A stretch of DNA of 64,000 nt from Candidatus Nomurabacteria bacterium (GCA_023267375.1 JAHFNJ010000001.1:85878-149877), one strand, 5' to 3'; counted from the first letter of the stretch, positions 48,155 through 62,583 are shown. Notes: generated from the sequence alone by a model not told the origin. Program-made: numbers and translations.

Positions 48155-48333
48155 AAGGGTTTTTTAACTGAGCACTCATTTTAGCATAAAAAGCTCTTAT
48201 TTTCAACCTGAACATTGACTTGTATAAATATTTGTGTTAACATGTAAACGTATGAGTTCCTCGATATTTAAGATTTTATTGGTTACCAGAGGAGGCATTC
48301 CCTTTTGTGGTAACCAATAAAATATAAAAAATT

Positions 48334-49101
48334 ATGGATATTCTCCTTGTTACAATAGGAACACTTGTTAGTGTTCTATACGCTTGGGGATACTCCAAGC
48401 TTGATTACATGTTTGATAGAAGTGAAATTGCCAGATTTTTAAGAAAATTAATTTGGCAAAAAAGTACAGATTCATTAAACATGAAAACGTACCAGCTCAT
48501 AATTAATGATTATAAGCAAGCGATTCATGCTGAAACGATAGATCAACCTTTCATCTCAAATTTTTTAAACTATCTTAATCCTAAATCTAAAATACTAGAT
48601 TATGGATGTGGTGGGGGTACACTAACTGCAAACCTTAACCAGCAAGGGTACTCGTGTGTGGGATCTGATATTTCAAACGACTTTCTGTCTGTTGCGAAAG
48701 AAACATATCCTAACATTGAGTACTTGAATGCTGATAGTGAAAAATTAGTGAAGGAGGGATTTATATGTGATGGCATCATTGCTGCGTATTCATTAATTCA
48801 TCTGCAAAAAATCATGATTGGCCATGTTCTTGCGGATTTTAGAAAACTCATGCCGAAGGGAGGATATTTATATCTTGCCCTGCAGTGCGACTCTTCAGAT
48901 ACATTATGTATAGGAAGTGAAGGCAAGTTTCCGGTTCCTTACAGGCCAGAACTTGCATTGTTTCTCAATCTATTTTCAGATGATGAAATACGTATTGGTC
49001 TTAACTTGGAAGGATTTGAGGTTGTAGAAATACAACACAGAAACCCAGTTGAGAATGAGTTTCCTTTTAGGAAAATGTTTGTAATAGCTAAATGTGTTTA
49101 A
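48334..49101 (+). CDS. Class I SAM-dependent methyltransferase (start uncertain)
   Basis: ILDYGCGGG, GSDIS, YSLIHL, L.PKGG; AT-rich, with own promoter and terminator. Confidence 0.8.
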   Translation: MDILLVTIGTLVSVLYAWGYSKLDYMFDRSEIARFLRKLIWQKSTDSLNMKTYQLIINDYKQAIHAETIDQPFISNFLNYLNPKSKILDYGCGGGTLTANLNQQGYSCVGSDISNDFLSVAKETYPNIEYLNADSEKLVKEGFICDGIIAAYSLIHLQKIMIGHVLADFRKLMPKGGYLYLALQCDSSDTLCIGSEGKFPVPYRPELALFLNLFSDDEIRIGLNLEGFEVVEIQHRNPVENEFPFRKMFVIAKCV

Positions 49102-49179
49102 CCAGGACTGCAAATTAAAATGCAGTCCTTTTTATTTTCCCAAATCACATTTTTTAGGAAGGACTGTCCTTCCTAAGGG

Positions 49180-50460
49180 TTAGTCAAAATAATTTTTGAG
49201 TCTCGATATCTTATCATTATCTCGAAGCTTGTCATGCACCTTCGCTTCAATCTGACGAATACGTTCACGAGTAACGCCAAACTCCTGCCCTACTTCTTCA
49301 AGCGTGTGTTGAATACCGTCTGAGAGTCCATACCGGAGTTCAAGAATCTTTCGTTCTTTTGGAGAAAGTTCATTCAATACTTCACGAATCTGGTCAGAGA
49401 GAATACGGCGTGAAGCGTCTTGGTCGGGACGGAGAATCTTGTCATCAGGAATAAATTCACCGAGGGTTGATTTCTCATCGTCATCACCGATTGGCTGTTC
49501 GAGTGAGCGAGTTTCTTGATTGATGTTTTCAATCACGTGTACTTTTTCTACTTCAATACCCATCTCCGTTGCAATTTCTTCAGCCAATGGTTCGCGTCCC
49601 AAGTCTTGCGACAAACGGCGTACAACCTGTTTATATTTTGAAATTGTCTCAACCATGTGCACTGGAATACGAATCGTGCGAGATTGGTCTGCAAGTGCGC
49701 GGGTAATAGACTGACGGATCCACCAAGTAGCGTAGGTTGAGAATTTGTAACCCTTTGTCCAGTCGAATTTTTCTACCGCTTTAAAAAGACCTAAGTTCCC
49801 TTCTTGAATGAGGTCAAGGAGTGTGAGGTCAGAACTACGACCAACATACTTTTTCGCAATAGACACCACAAGACGGAGGTTTGCACGAGCAAGCAAATTT
49901 TTTGCTTCTTCATCCCCTTTTTCAATACGCTTTGCAAGCTCTTTTTCCATCGAAGCTGGGATGAGCGGATACTGACCGATCTCTTTCAAGTAAATCTGAA
50001 TAGAGTCGTAGGCTGGTGATTCGCGGAGAATCTTCTCCCCTTTGGCATCCGTGCCATCCATGTCGAGCAAGTTTCCGCCTTCGAGCACATCAACGCCAGC
50101 AACAGAAAGCTTCTCATAGAGTTCATCGAGGAACAAGATGTTTGATTCGATATCAGGAAATGTCTTTAGGATCTCATCGTAGGTGATGAAGCCGCGCTTT
50201 TTACCGCGAGCAATCAGCTCTTCTGCTTTTTTTTCAAGCTGCTCAGATTTATTGAGCGTACTCTTTGCCTTGGTGTGCGACACGGAAGAGAGATTGATGC
50301 GTTTCTTCTCTTTGGCTGTTTGTTTTACAACCTTCTTCTGGTGCTTCACCACCGGCTTTGGCTTTTTGACAGCTTTTGGCTTCGGCTTCGGCTTCGCTTT
50401 TGGTTTTGCTTTTGGCTTTACCACTTTCTTTACGATTTTTTTCTTAGTATTTTTTGGCAT
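49180..50460 (-). CDS. rpoD: Primary sigma factor RpoD with Lys/Pro-rich N-terminal tail
   Basis: [44 protein letters not shown]. Confidence 0.96.
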   Translation of the reverse strand: MPKNTKKKIVKKVVKPKAKPKAKPKPKPKAVKKPKPVVKHQKKVVKQTAKEKKRINLSSVSHTKAKSTLNKSEQLEKKAEELIARGKKRGFITYDEILKTFPDIESNILFLDELYEKLSVAGVDVLEGGNLLDMDGTDAKGEKILRESPAYDSIQIYLKEIGQYPLIPASMEKELAKRIEKGDEEAKNLLARANLRLVVSIAKKYVGRSSDLTLLDLIQEGNLGLFKAVEKFDWTKGYKFSTYATWWIRQSITRALADQSRTIRIPVHMVETISKYKQVVRRLSQDLGREPLAEEIATEMGIEVEKVHVIENINQETRSLEQPIGDDDEKSTLGEFIPDDKILRPDQDASRRILSDQIREVLNELSPKERKILELRYGLSDGIQHTLEEVGQEFGVTRERIRQIEAKVHDKLRDNDKISRLKNYFD

Positions 50461-50479
50461 ATATAAAATTTGTTTCCTA

Positions 50480-52195
50480 TTATCGACTTTCTTGTTTTAA
50501 GCTATTAATGCGTGCTGATAATTTTTGACATGTTTCTAATATTTCCCGCGCCCGCTCGGTTTTCCCTGAAGCTTCTGCGATCCGAAGTTCGGCGAGCAGC
50601 ATTGAAAATTGATTTCCTAGAATTTCCCGCTCAAGACCATTTAAGAGTCCTTTGCTATCAAGCGAGAGTGTCGGACGATCACGGTAATACATTTCTGTTT
50701 TCAAAATGAGCCCTTCTTTTTCTTTCTCTGACAACATACTGATTTTCTGCTCTACCCCTACACCGATAATCGCTTCGTATTTCTTCTCAAGGTCAGCTAT
50801 ATCGACAGTGGGCGTTGTTAGTGTCTTCTGCCACAAGAGAATTCCCACAAGCGTATTTTCGATGCTATGCGAGGCTTCTTTGTGTGGAATATTCACCGGC
50901 GGACCACCACGATCCTCCTCTGTGAAGCTTGGTATTTTTTTAAGCTCAGCCGCTACAACGTCTTCAGGCGTACCGATAGCACCCGCGATGACATGAACAA
51001 AATGTGCTTGATCAATGGAATTGCTGATCGCTGCCACATAGGGCAAAACGCGCTTCGAGACTTCCATTTTAAAGGTGCGCTCATCATAGCCCATCTCCCT
51101 CAAATGTTCAAGATAGAAATCAACGATGTGCATCCCGTGCGCCACAGCATCTTTCCAGATGGCAGGATCTTTCAAAATCGCTTCTGCGGGATCAATCCCC
51201 TTCGGCAATTTGATAATCTTCACATCCATACCGAAAGTAAGGGCTCCACGCACACCGCGTTCGGAAGCACGAAGTCCGGCAGAGTCAGCATCGAACGCAA
51301 GCAATAACTTGTCGGTAAAACGTTTGATAAGCGACAAGTGCATATCAGTAAGTGCTGTACCTGAAACCGCGACAACGTTTTTGGTACCTGACTGATGCGC
51401 CATCAAGAGATCCATCTGGCCTTCAACTAAGATACAGGCACCTTCTTTCAGAAATGCAGTCTTTGCTTTATCGTAGCCGAATAAAATAGCAGATTTGTTA
51501 TAGAGCATTGTCTCAGGCGAGTTCACGTACTTCGCCATTTCTTTTTCGCCCGCTTTCGGTTCCGGATAAACACGCCCAGAAAATCCGACTACTTTCCCCT
51601 GTGAATTCGCAATCGGAAACATGATACGTCCGCGGAATCGATCGTAGAGACCATTGTTTCCAGGAATACCGAGCCCAGCTTTTTCGATCGAAGCATCGCG
51701 TACGCCTTTCCCTGAAAGATATGAAACAAGCGGCGTCCAGCCATCAGGAGCATAGCCGACACGAAATTCTTTTATAGTCTCATCGGTCAGTCCGCGTTTC
51801 TTTAAATACGCAAGCGCATCTTTATGACGAGGCAATTCTGCTTCGTAGAAACGAGTTGCATCTTCAAGTACTTTAAAGAGCAGTGATTCTTCGCTCTTCC
51901 CTTCGGTATCTTCTCTGGTTAACGTGACACCTGCGCGGTCAGCCAAAAGACGCAGCGCTTCCTTGAAAGCAATACCTTCAATCTCTTCAACGAAACTGAA
52001 AATATCTCCGCCCTTGCCGCAGCCGAAGCAATGATAGCTCCCTCGCGCCGGCGAAACAAAAAATGATGCCGATTTTTCATTATGAAAGGGACAGCGCGCT
52101 TTGAAATACGCGCCGGCCTTTTCAAGTTTCAGATACGACGAAACAACGTCCGTAATAGTCAGATGCTCTTTAATTTTTTCTACGGGAGAAGACAT
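50480..52195 (-). CDS. dnaG: DNA primase
   Basis: CPFHNEKS...CFGC zinc finger, [19 protein letters not shown] (TOPRIM). Confidence 0.97.
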   Translation of the reverse strand: MSSPVEKIKEHLTITDVVSSYLKLEKAGAYFKARCPFHNEKSASFFVSPARGSYHCFGCGKGGDIFSFVEEIEGIAFKEALRLLADRAGVTLTREDTEGKSEESLLFKVLEDATRFYEAELPRHKDALAYLKKRGLTDETIKEFRVGYAPDGWTPLVSYLSGKGVRDASIEKAGLGIPGNNGLYDRFRGRIMFPIANSQGKVVGFSGRVYPEPKAGEKEMAKYVNSPETMLYNKSAILFGYDKAKTAFLKEGACILVEGQMDLLMAHQSGTKNVVAVSGTALTDMHLSLIKRFTDKLLLAFDADSAGLRASERGVRGALTFGMDVKIIKLPKGIDPAEAILKDPAIWKDAVAHGMHIVDFYLEHLREMGYDERTFKMEVSKRVLPYVAAISNSIDQAHFVHVIAGAIGTPEDVVAAELKKIPSFTEEDRGGPPVNIPHKEASHSIENTLVGILLWQKTLTTPTVDIADLEKKYEAIIGVGVEQKISMLSEKEKEGLILKTEMYYRDRPTLSLDSKGLLNGLEREILGNQFSMLLAELRIAEASGKTERAREILETCQKLSARINSLKQESR

Positions 52196-52218
52196 ATTTG
52201 CAATAAACCTCTACCCTC

Positions 52219-52251
52219 ATCTCTTCACGTTAGAGTTGTACGTGAAGAGAT
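52219..52251. terminator. Hairpin between rpoC and dnaG
   Basis: ATCTCTTCACGT / ACGTGAAGAGAT 12-bp stem. Confidence 0.55.
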
Positions 52252-52267
52252 TTTTCTACTTCCCTTT

Positions 52268-55945
<3,678 letters not shown>

Positions 55946-55978
55946 AGTTTTTTGAGATTAAAGATTAATAATAATGAA

Positions 55979-58900
55979 TTAATTTTTAATCTTTGTTTTT
56001 ATGAGCTCGACATCAAGCGAGAGACCGCGCAAGTAGTTCAACATCACAGAAAATGATGCAGGAGCATTTGGCGCCTCGATTTTTTGGCCCTTAATAATAG
56101 AGTCGAATGTCTGGGATCGACCGGCGATATCGTCAGACTTAATAGTGATCATTTCACGAAGCACGTGAGCAGCTCCATACCCTTCGAGCGCCCACACTTC
56201 CATTTCTCCGAAACGCTGTCCTCCGCCTTGTGCCTTACCGCCCAATGGCTGCTGCGTAATGAGTGAGTATGAACCAATCGAACGCATGTGAATCTTATCT
56301 TCAACCATGTGGTGGAGTTTCAAGACGTACATGTAACCAACTGCGATGTCCTGGTCAAATGCATCACCAGTACGGCCATCGTAAAGTGTCATACGTCCAT
56401 TTTCATTGAATCCTGCTTGTTTGAGTTCTGCTTTAATTTCTTCATTTGAAGCGCCAGAGAATGGTGGCACGATCGCCTGATAACCAAGCGTATTTGCAGC
56501 CATACCCAAGTGCATTTCAAGAATCTGTCCAAGGTTCATACGTGATGGCACGCCGAGCGGTGTCAAAATCACATCGACAGGAGTACCGTCTGCCATGTAT
56601 GGCATTTCTTCTTCCGGAAGAATAGTTGAGATAACACCTTTGTTACCGTGACGACCTGCGAGTTTGTCACCCACAGAAATGTTACGAACCTGCGCAACTT
56701 CAACAACGATTTTCTTGATGATGCCAGATTCCAAATTGTGTCCTTGATCGCGAGAGAAAATCTTCACGCCGATAATACGTCCACGCTTACCGTGTTCCAT
56801 ACGGAGTGATGTATCTTTCACATCACGAGCTTTTTCAGCAAAGATAGATCGGAGGAGGCGCTCTTCAGGGGTAAGTTCAGTTTCGCCCTTTGGTGTAATT
56901 TTACCGACGAGAATATCGTTTTCGCGAACTTCTGCACCGATACGAACGATGCCTTCTTCGTCGAGGTCTTTCAATTTTGTTTCACCGACGTTTGGAATGT
57001 CGCGTGTCGTGATTTCGGGTCCAAGCTTTGTATCACGAACGATACAGATAAATTCCTCAACGTGAATCGAAGTGAACTTGCTCTTCTTCACGAGACGCTC
57101 AGAGAGAATAATCGCGTCTTCGTAGTTTTGACCTGCCCATGACATGAATGCAACACAGACGTTTTGTCCGAGCGCAATTTGTCCATGATCAGACGTAGAA
57201 GTATCAGCAAGCACATCACCCTTCTTTACTTTCTGTCCGAGTGAGACAATTGGACGCTGATGGAATGCAGAGAAGTTGTTGGTACGAGAAAACGTAACGA
57301 GATTGTAGGTGTGCTCTTTTTCTCCTTTTCCTTCCAAGGTAATTTTCTTCGCATCTACATAGGTGATCGTACCGTCAAAACCAGCAACAACCAGACGTCC
57401 TGAATCTGCAGCAGCAGACTCTTCCATACCAGTTGCAACAAGCGGAGCTTCTGGAACGATACACGGCTGTGCCTGCTTTTGCATGTTTGATCCCATGAGT
57501 GCGCGAGATGCGTCATCGTGTTCCAAGAATGGAACCATTGATGTAGCAATAGAAAATGCTTGGTTTGTCGCAACGTCGATGTAGTCGATTTTTTCACGTT
57601 CAACGAAACCTGGTTCTGTTTTAATACGAGCTTCAACGCGTTCATCGAGCAATTTTCCTTTTTCGTCATACGATGCTCCTGCGTGCGCGATGTTGTACTT
57701 TTCTTCTTCAAGCGCATTTAAGTACACGATTTCACCAGTGATAACACCATTTTTTACTTTGATGTATGGAGTTTCAATAATACCGAAATCATTTACTTTC
57801 GCGTATGTAGAAAGGTGAAGAATAAGACCGATGTTCGGACCTTCTGGAGTGTGGATCGGACAGACGCGACCGTAGTGGGATGTGTGCACGTCACGAACCT
57901 CAAGACCTGCGCGTTCACGAGTAAGACCTCCGGGACCAAGCGCAGAGAGCGTACGTAAGTGTTCAAGCTCAGCCAAGATGTTTTCCTGACTCATAAATTG
58001 TGAGAGCTGGTTCGTCGTGAAAAATTCTTTGATACGAGCTTGGAGTGGGCGCTGGTTGATGATCTGAATCGGAAGCGAAGTCGCCACGTCGATAGTCGAC
58101 ATACGATCTTGAATGTTTCGCTTGATCTGAGTCATACCAACACGAATTTTCTGTTGGAGCATTTCACCTACGTAACGGACACGGCGCTGACCCAAGTGAT
58201 CAATGTCGTCTGCTTTTGCACCAGGAGTATTGTTGAGTAAACCAACATTTGAAACGATCGCAGCAACATCGTCTTTAGAGATAGTGCGGCGTTCCATTTC
58301 CTTATCACCCATGTCTTTGTCGAAACGCTTGTTGAAGCGGAAACGACCAACCGGAGAAATGTCGTAGCGTTCAGGAGAAAAGAGAGAGTCGATGAATTCT
58401 TTTGCGTTTTCAGCGGTAGCCAAATCGCCATCGCGGAGACGCTTGTAGATTTCGGAGTAGGCGTCGTTCAAATTCTTTGCAGGGTCCTTTTCGAGACAGA
58501 GCTTGATAGTCTTTTGATCAAGTTCGCCAGGAAATGCCTTGAGAATCATTTCATCGGTATGCATACCGAGTACGCGAAGAAGCGAAGTAACTGGGAACTT
58601 ACGCTTCTTGTCGATGCGGACGTAGAGCACGCCGTCAGCTTCAGATTCGATTTCAATCCATACGCCACGCGCAGGAATGATTTTTGCACCGAAGTAACGT
58701 TTACCCTTTACTTCTTGGTCTGGGAAGAAAACGCCGAAAGAACGCGCCAACTGTGGCACGATCACGCGCTCCACGCCGTTTATAATAAACGTACCGTGTG
58801 CAGTCATGAGCGGAATGTCCGCCATGAATATTTCTTGCTCCTTAAAACCACCCATTGTCTTGTTGGTGAGTTTTACTCGAGCTTTGAGCTGAGCTTCGTA

Positions 58901-59161
58901 TGAAAGTTTGTTAATCTTAGCGTATTGTTCGTCGAATTTTGGTTCTGCGAGATAGAACGATGAAAATTCGAGCTGGAACTTTTTCCCCGAATAATCGTTG
59001 ATCGGAGAAAACTCTTTAAAAACCTCTTTCAACCCTTTCTCAATGAGCCAGGTAAAAGAGGACACTTGTGTCTCAAGAAGAGACGGAAACGGAACCAAGG
59101 GCTTCTTGTACTTCGAAAAGTACTTCTTCGGACGCGCACCAGTTTCGCTGTGCATAGGCAT
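55979..59161 (-). CDS. rpoB: RNA polymerase beta subunit
   Basis: GDKLAGRHGNKG, GGQRFGEME, TPEGPNIG; ATG 59161 preferred over TTG 59242. Confidence 0.98.
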   Translation of the reverse strand: MPMHSETGARPKKYFSKYKKPLVPFPSLLETQVSSFTWLIEKGLKEVFKEFSPINDYSGKKFQLEFSSFYLAEPKFDEQYAKINKLSYEAQLKARVKLTNKTMGGFKEQEIFMADIPLMTAHGTFIINGVERVIVPQLARSFGVFFPDQEVKGKRYFGAKIIPARGVWIEIESEADGVLYVRIDKKRKFPVTSLLRVLGMHTDEMILKAFPGELDQKTIKLCLEKDPAKNLNDAYSEIYKRLRDGDLATAENAKEFIDSLFSPERYDISPVGRFRFNKRFDKDMGDKEMERRTISKDDVAAIVSNVGLLNNTPGAKADDIDHLGQRRVRYVGEMLQQKIRVGMTQIKRNIQDRMSTIDVATSLPIQIINQRPLQARIKEFFTTNQLSQFMSQENILAELEHLRTLSALGPGGLTRERAGLEVRDVHTSHYGRVCPIHTPEGPNIGLILHLSTYAKVNDFGIIETPYIKVKNGVITGEIVYLNALEEEKYNIAHAGASYDEKGKLLDERVEARIKTEPGFVEREKIDYIDVATNQAFSIATSMVPFLEHDDASRALMGSNMQKQAQPCIVPEAPLVATGMEESAAADSGRLVVAGFDGTITYVDAKKITLEGKGEKEHTYNLVTFSRTNNFSAFHQRPIVSLGQKVKKGDVLADTSTSDHGQIALGQNVCVAFMSWAGQNYEDAIILSERLVKKSKFTSIHVEEFICIVRDTKLGPEITTRDIPNVGETKLKDLDEEGIVRIGAEVRENDILVGKITPKGETELTPEERLLRSIFAEKARDVKDTSLRMEHGKRGRIIGVKIFSRDQGHNLESGIIKKIVVEVAQVRNISVGDKLAGRHGNKGVISTILPEEEMPYMADGTPVDVILTPLGVPSRMNLGQILEMHLGMAANTLGYQAIVPPFSGASNEEIKAELKQAGFNENGRMTLYDGRTGDAFDQDIAVGYMYVLKLHHMVEDKIHMRSIGSYSLITQQPLGGKAQGGGQRFGEMEVWALEGYGAAHVLREMITIKSDDIAGRSQTFDSIIKGQKIEAPNAPASFSVMLNYLRGLSLDVELIKTKIKN

Positions 59162-59332
59162 TTTTTTGCTAGCTTGCAAAATAAAAGAAGCACAAAGCGG
59201 CGAAAATTGCCTTACCATCGTAAGACATTTCGTGTTGTGCAACTTTTCTTTAGCAAGCCAAAGACTTTGCTAAAAAACCTGATAATAGAGGGATTGAATA
59301 CGCCAATAACTCAATCTTTTTCAATCGGGATG

Positions 59333-59361
59333 AGTATACTCTCTTTCCCTTTTCATGTCAA
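59333..59361 (-). promoter_or_regulatory. rpoB promoter
   Basis: TTGACA-17-TATACT, followed by a ~165-nt leader. Confidence 0.7.
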
Positions 59362-59440
59362 ATGTCAAGAATCTGCATTATTGACATATGCCGCTTTTTT
59401 CTGTACTGTGAAGAAAAAAATTACTTAAAAATAAAAGCAG

Positions 59441-60076
59441 ATGAAAACAAATGAAAAAAATCCTCTTGAAAGTTCGTTCTTTCAAGAGGGGTACTGGGAG
59501 CGCATACTACCCACATTCTTCGCATTTAAACTCTTCAGGGACAGAAAGAAGGCTAAAAACCAACAGAATGTTGATATTAGTCTTGCTGTAGTTGAGATCC
59601 TTAAATATTACGGCCAAGGTAAACCTGATATTCTTGCTGCCGCTACGTTGTATTTACCGAAACGTTCTGAGGTATATATAGACCTACTAGACTTAGTTAA
59701 AGCAGGAGTTAACCCTCCTGTAAGTGACTTACTTATGGGGCTTATACCTAAAACAGAATGGAGAAAAGTAAATGCCCGTTGTGATAAAAATCCTGCGATA
59801 AGAAAAAGATGTTCCAAATTCTTATACAATCATTATCTGGAATATTTACGGGAGCAATCTGATGAAGTTATTCTCATCTTTTCTGCTTTTGCTTTATATA
59901 ATTTATTGTATCTGGCAAATGTTGAAAAATATCCGTTACTGCGAAATGACTCTCTATTCCGTGGACCCAAGAATCAGGTAATGAGATTCCATAAGCAATT
60001 TGGAAAAATCCTGGATGAAAGGACTGAGATTAAATGTGGTATTAAAGACGCTTACCGTTACGCACTCGCATATTAA
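59441..60076 (+). CDS. Orphan protein resembling a catalytically degenerate HD-type (Mesh1/SpoT-like) hydrolase
   Basis: LAVVEIL..YG...DILAAATLY and YLEYLR..S.EVILI.SAF.LYNL follow the hydrolase helix pattern but lack the H/HD/D residues. Confidence 0.5.
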   Translation: MKTNEKNPLESSFFQEGYWERILPTFFAFKLFRDRKKAKNQQNVDISLAVVEILKYYGQGKPDILAAATLYLPKRSEVYIDLLDLVKAGVNPPVSDLLMGLIPKTEWRKVNARCDKNPAIRKRCSKFLYNHYLEYLREQSDEVILIFSAFALYNLLYLANVEKYPLLRNDSLFRGPKNQVMRFHKQFGKILDERTEIKCGIKDAYRYALAY

Positions 60077-60142
60077 ATGCGAGGAGAAAATAAAAGAACC
60101 TGAAACCTTACGGCAACAGGTTCTTTTAATTTTCATTTCTAT

Positions 60143-60700
60143 CTATCGTTTCTTCGCAAAGATACTACCGAGGATAAGCCCTGCCGTCCCGACAATCAAC
60201 AACGTGATCGTATTTATTTTCGGTTTATTTTGATTGGGAATACTTTCTGTATCAGATGAAATTCCATCGCCTAATTGTGCAAGGTCATCAGTCGCTTGTG
60301 AGGCAAGCGCTGTACGACTGCATAAACCTGCTTGTAAATTACCGTTTTCAGAATTAGTCCCTGCATAGACAACATATGTTTCTCCTTCAGTAAAATCAAT
60401 ACCACACATCGCACTGTTTCCAGGAGTAACTATTTGGAGTGGTGAATTAAAATCTTCTTTTGATAAACCTTTCCAGGCTTTTTCTACAATAAAGCTCACT
60501 GATTTTTGAGGTTCAAATTGCTGAGTATCCTCAACTTGCGTTACCTTCCCCATAAAAACCACATCAACATCTTTCAATTCTTCTTGTGGTGTTCCGGGAG
60601 TCATACAGGAACACGCGTATGCCTTTTGAGAAAATACTGGCGAGAGTAAAGATAGAAAAACAAATACAACAAGTGTTGGGTAAAAATTTTTGATAGACAT
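60143..60700 (-). CDS. Surface-anchored TIMP/NTR-like protein
   Basis: Signal peptide then AYA-CSC, VVF.GKV, V.KAWKG, A.CGIDF..G..YVVYA, LCSRT; C-terminal TM. Confidence 0.7.
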   Translation of the reverse strand: MSIKNFYPTLVVFVFLSLLSPVFSQKAYACSCMTPGTPQEELKDVDVVFMGKVTQVEDTQQFEPQKSVSFIVEKAWKGLSKEDFNSPLQIVTPGNSAMCGIDFTEGETYVVYAGTNSENGNLQAGLCSRTALASQATDDLAQLGDGISSDTESIPNQNKPKINTITLLIVGTAGLILGSIFAKKR

Positions 60701-60765
60701 GTAATTTATTTTTAGTTGATTAAGCTTATAAAATTATTGATTCTTTTTTGTTTTCCACTCCTCTA

Positions 60766-60796
60766 CCCCAGTAGTAGAGCAGAGCTCACTACGGGG
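60766..60796. repeat. REP-like palindrome (CCCAGTAGTAGA...CTCACTACGGG family)
   Basis: CCCCAGTAGTAGAGCAGAGCTCACTACGGGG; same ends as 31103-31149. Confidence 0.65.
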
Positions 60797-60805
60797 CACA
60801 TCTTT

Positions 60806-61495
60806 TTATGATTTCTTATTTATTGATTTTTTCCAATCTTCAATGTCTTTGTGGTTTCCCGACAATAATACCTTCGGTACTTTATATTTCTTGCCTTTGT
60901 ATTCTAAAATTTCTGGGCGAGTATAGAACTCTGCGGATGAAACGCGCTCTTCCTCAAGTGATTCAAACTTACCAAGCACGCCTTGAACCTGTCGCGCAAT
61001 GGAATCGATCAAAATCATGGCTGGCAATTCGCCGCCAGTTACCACATAATCACCGATTGAAATTGCTTCAGCTTTCAATATTTTTTCTACCCGCGCATCG
61101 ATACCTTCATACCGTCCGCACAGCAAGATAATATCGGTATATTTCTTTACTGAAGTCTTTGCATACTCTGTCGTAAACTTTTTACCGCTTGGCGAAAAAT
61201 TTATAATCTTGATTTTTGCTTTTTTATTCGTAATTTTCTTTACCGCTTTCTCTACCGCCTTCAGTACTGGCTCCGCACGAATAATCATTCCGGGACCACC
61301 ACCATATGGTCGATCATCAACCACTCGAGACACATTGCCATCTGGCCAGACTTTCTTATACTTCCCCGTCACAAAATCACGTGGATTATAGAATGAAACT
61401 TTTATTTTCTTTTCTTTTATTGCTCGCGCCAAAATAGACTCTTTGAGGTATGAGTCGAAGCTTTCGGGGAATAATGTAATGACATGGAATTGCAT
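60806..61495 (-). CDS. trmD: tRNA (guanine-N1)-methyltransferase
   Basis: DDRPYGGGPGM, CGRYEGIDAR, SIGDYV.TGGELPA, YTRP. Confidence 0.97.
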   Translation of the reverse strand: MQFHVITLFPESFDSYLKESILARAIKEKKIKVSFYNPRDFVTGKYKKVWPDGNVSRVVDDRPYGGGPGMIIRAEPVLKAVEKAVKKITNKKAKIKIINFSPSGKKFTTEYAKTSVKKYTDIILLCGRYEGIDARVEKILKAEAISIGDYVVTGGELPAMILIDSIARQVQGVLGKFESLEEERVSSAEFYTRPEILEYKGKKYKVPKVLLSGNHKDIEDWKKSINKKS

Positions 61496-61534
61496 ACTGC
61501 TAGATTACAGTTTTAAAATAAAAAAACAATGGCA

Positions 61535-61999
61535 CTACTTTTTGAATATCTTCATTGAAACAAGTTTCGCTCCCCCGTCTACAAAATGCGCCTCGCCGGT
61601 AAAGTGTTCCCCACGGAGCAAATATGGGAGCCATTGGTCATCACCCACCCACATTTCAGAATATGGGATCTGTTCAAATGAAAACCAAGCAGGCTTCATC
61701 TCTTCCGTTTCTTGCGGTTCCCCCATCCATTTTTCAATTGTATATATTTCACCGCGCTGATTCCATTCTGGTTTATCGTCAAAATAAAAATCGATAGTTC
61801 CACTATGTTCGAGGTCGCTTTCAGTAATATCGACGCCTGCTTCTTCTTTCACTTCTCGCACCGCAGCTTCCGTAACCGTCTCGCCCTCCTCAAGCTTTCC
61901 ACCATAGCCATTCCATTTCCCAATACCAAAGCCACGTTTCTTCATCGCGAGCAATATTTTTTCTCCGTCGATTAAAAAGATTAGATTAACGATTTTCAT
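61535..61999 (-). CDS. NUDIX hydrolase (MTH1/8-oxo-dGTPase-like)
   Basis: KKRGFG.GKWNG.GGK.E.GE....AAVRE..EEAG Nudix box; ETEEM.P.WF. Confidence 0.9.
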   Translation of the reverse strand: MKIVNLIFLIDGEKILLAMKKRGFGIGKWNGYGGKLEEGETVTEAAVREVKEEAGVDITESDLEHSGTIDFYFDDKPEWNQRGEIYTIEKWMGEPQETEEMKPAWFSFEQIPYSEMWVGDDQWLPYLLRGEHFTGEAHFVDGGAKLVSMKIFKK

Positions 62000-62004
62000 G
62001 AAAA

Positions 62005-62121
62005 TTAGGTTATAGGTTCTAGTTTATAGTTTCTAGTGAAAAATGCAAAAAAACTCCCCTGGGGGAGTTTTTTTGCATTTATTTTTTTCTATAACCTAAA
62101 ACCTAGTAACTAGAACCTAGT
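62005..62121. repeat. Terminator hairpin (62041-62080) nested in inverted heptamer-repeat arms
   Basis: TTATAGG TTCTAGT TTATAGT TTCTAG ... CTATAAC CTAAAAC CTAG..CTAGAAC CTAG. Confidence 0.7.
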
Positions 62122-62123
62122 TT

Positions 62124-62447
62124 TTAGATCCCCTTAAGGTCTTCCATTGCCTGATTTACTGTCGCTGAAGAAGTAGACATGCTACCACCACCATCCTGAC
62201 GGCCACCTTCTGGCTCATTGATCTTGAGGTTTACGCGAGCGTTGTTCTTCATACCGATAACGCGGAGCAGGGTGCGAATAGCCTTAGCGGTATTACCCTG
62301 ACGTCCGATGATTTTGCCCATATCAGCAGAATTGACTGAAAGTGTAATGAGTACACCCATTTCATCAACAGTGCGATTAATCTTTACATCGTTCGGGTTA
62401 TCTACTAAAGCCTTCACTACGTATTCTAGAAATGCTTGATCTTCCAT
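62124..62447 (-). CDS. khpA: KH-domain RNA-binding protein KhpA
   Basis: DMGKIIGRQG.TAKAIRTL; lies downstream of rpsP. Confidence 0.9.
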   Translation of the reverse strand: MEDQAFLEYVVKALVDNPNDVKINRTVDEMGVLITLSVNSADMGKIIGRQGNTAKAIRTLLRVIGMKNNARVNLKINEPEGGRQDGGGSMSTSSATVNQAMEDLKGI

Positions 62448-62520
62448 AATAATTTATATCGTACTAACCTTATAATCGTTTAATAATCGTGCAGTTTTCG
62501 ACAAAGTACTGCTATCAAAT

Positions 62521-62549
62521 AGTATAAAGTATAGGGTATAAAGTATCAA
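62521..62549 (-). promoter_or_regulatory. Sigma70-type promoter of khpA built from heptamer repeats
   Basis: TTGATA-17-TATACT just after the rpsP terminator. Confidence 0.6.
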
Positions 62550-62583
62550 GTATGGAAAATAAAAATCGCCCTGTGGGCGATTT

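Noticed and set aside
49154-49176. Perfect palindrome TTAGGAAGGAC-T-GTCCTTCCTAA after rpoD as a repeat element
   Set aside because: Single copy in the window and adequately explained as a 3' hairpin/terminator
59162-59242. TTG start extending RpoB by 27 aa
   Set aside because: The extension is not RpoB-like and lies in the structured leader; ATG 59161 (or 59155) is more plausible
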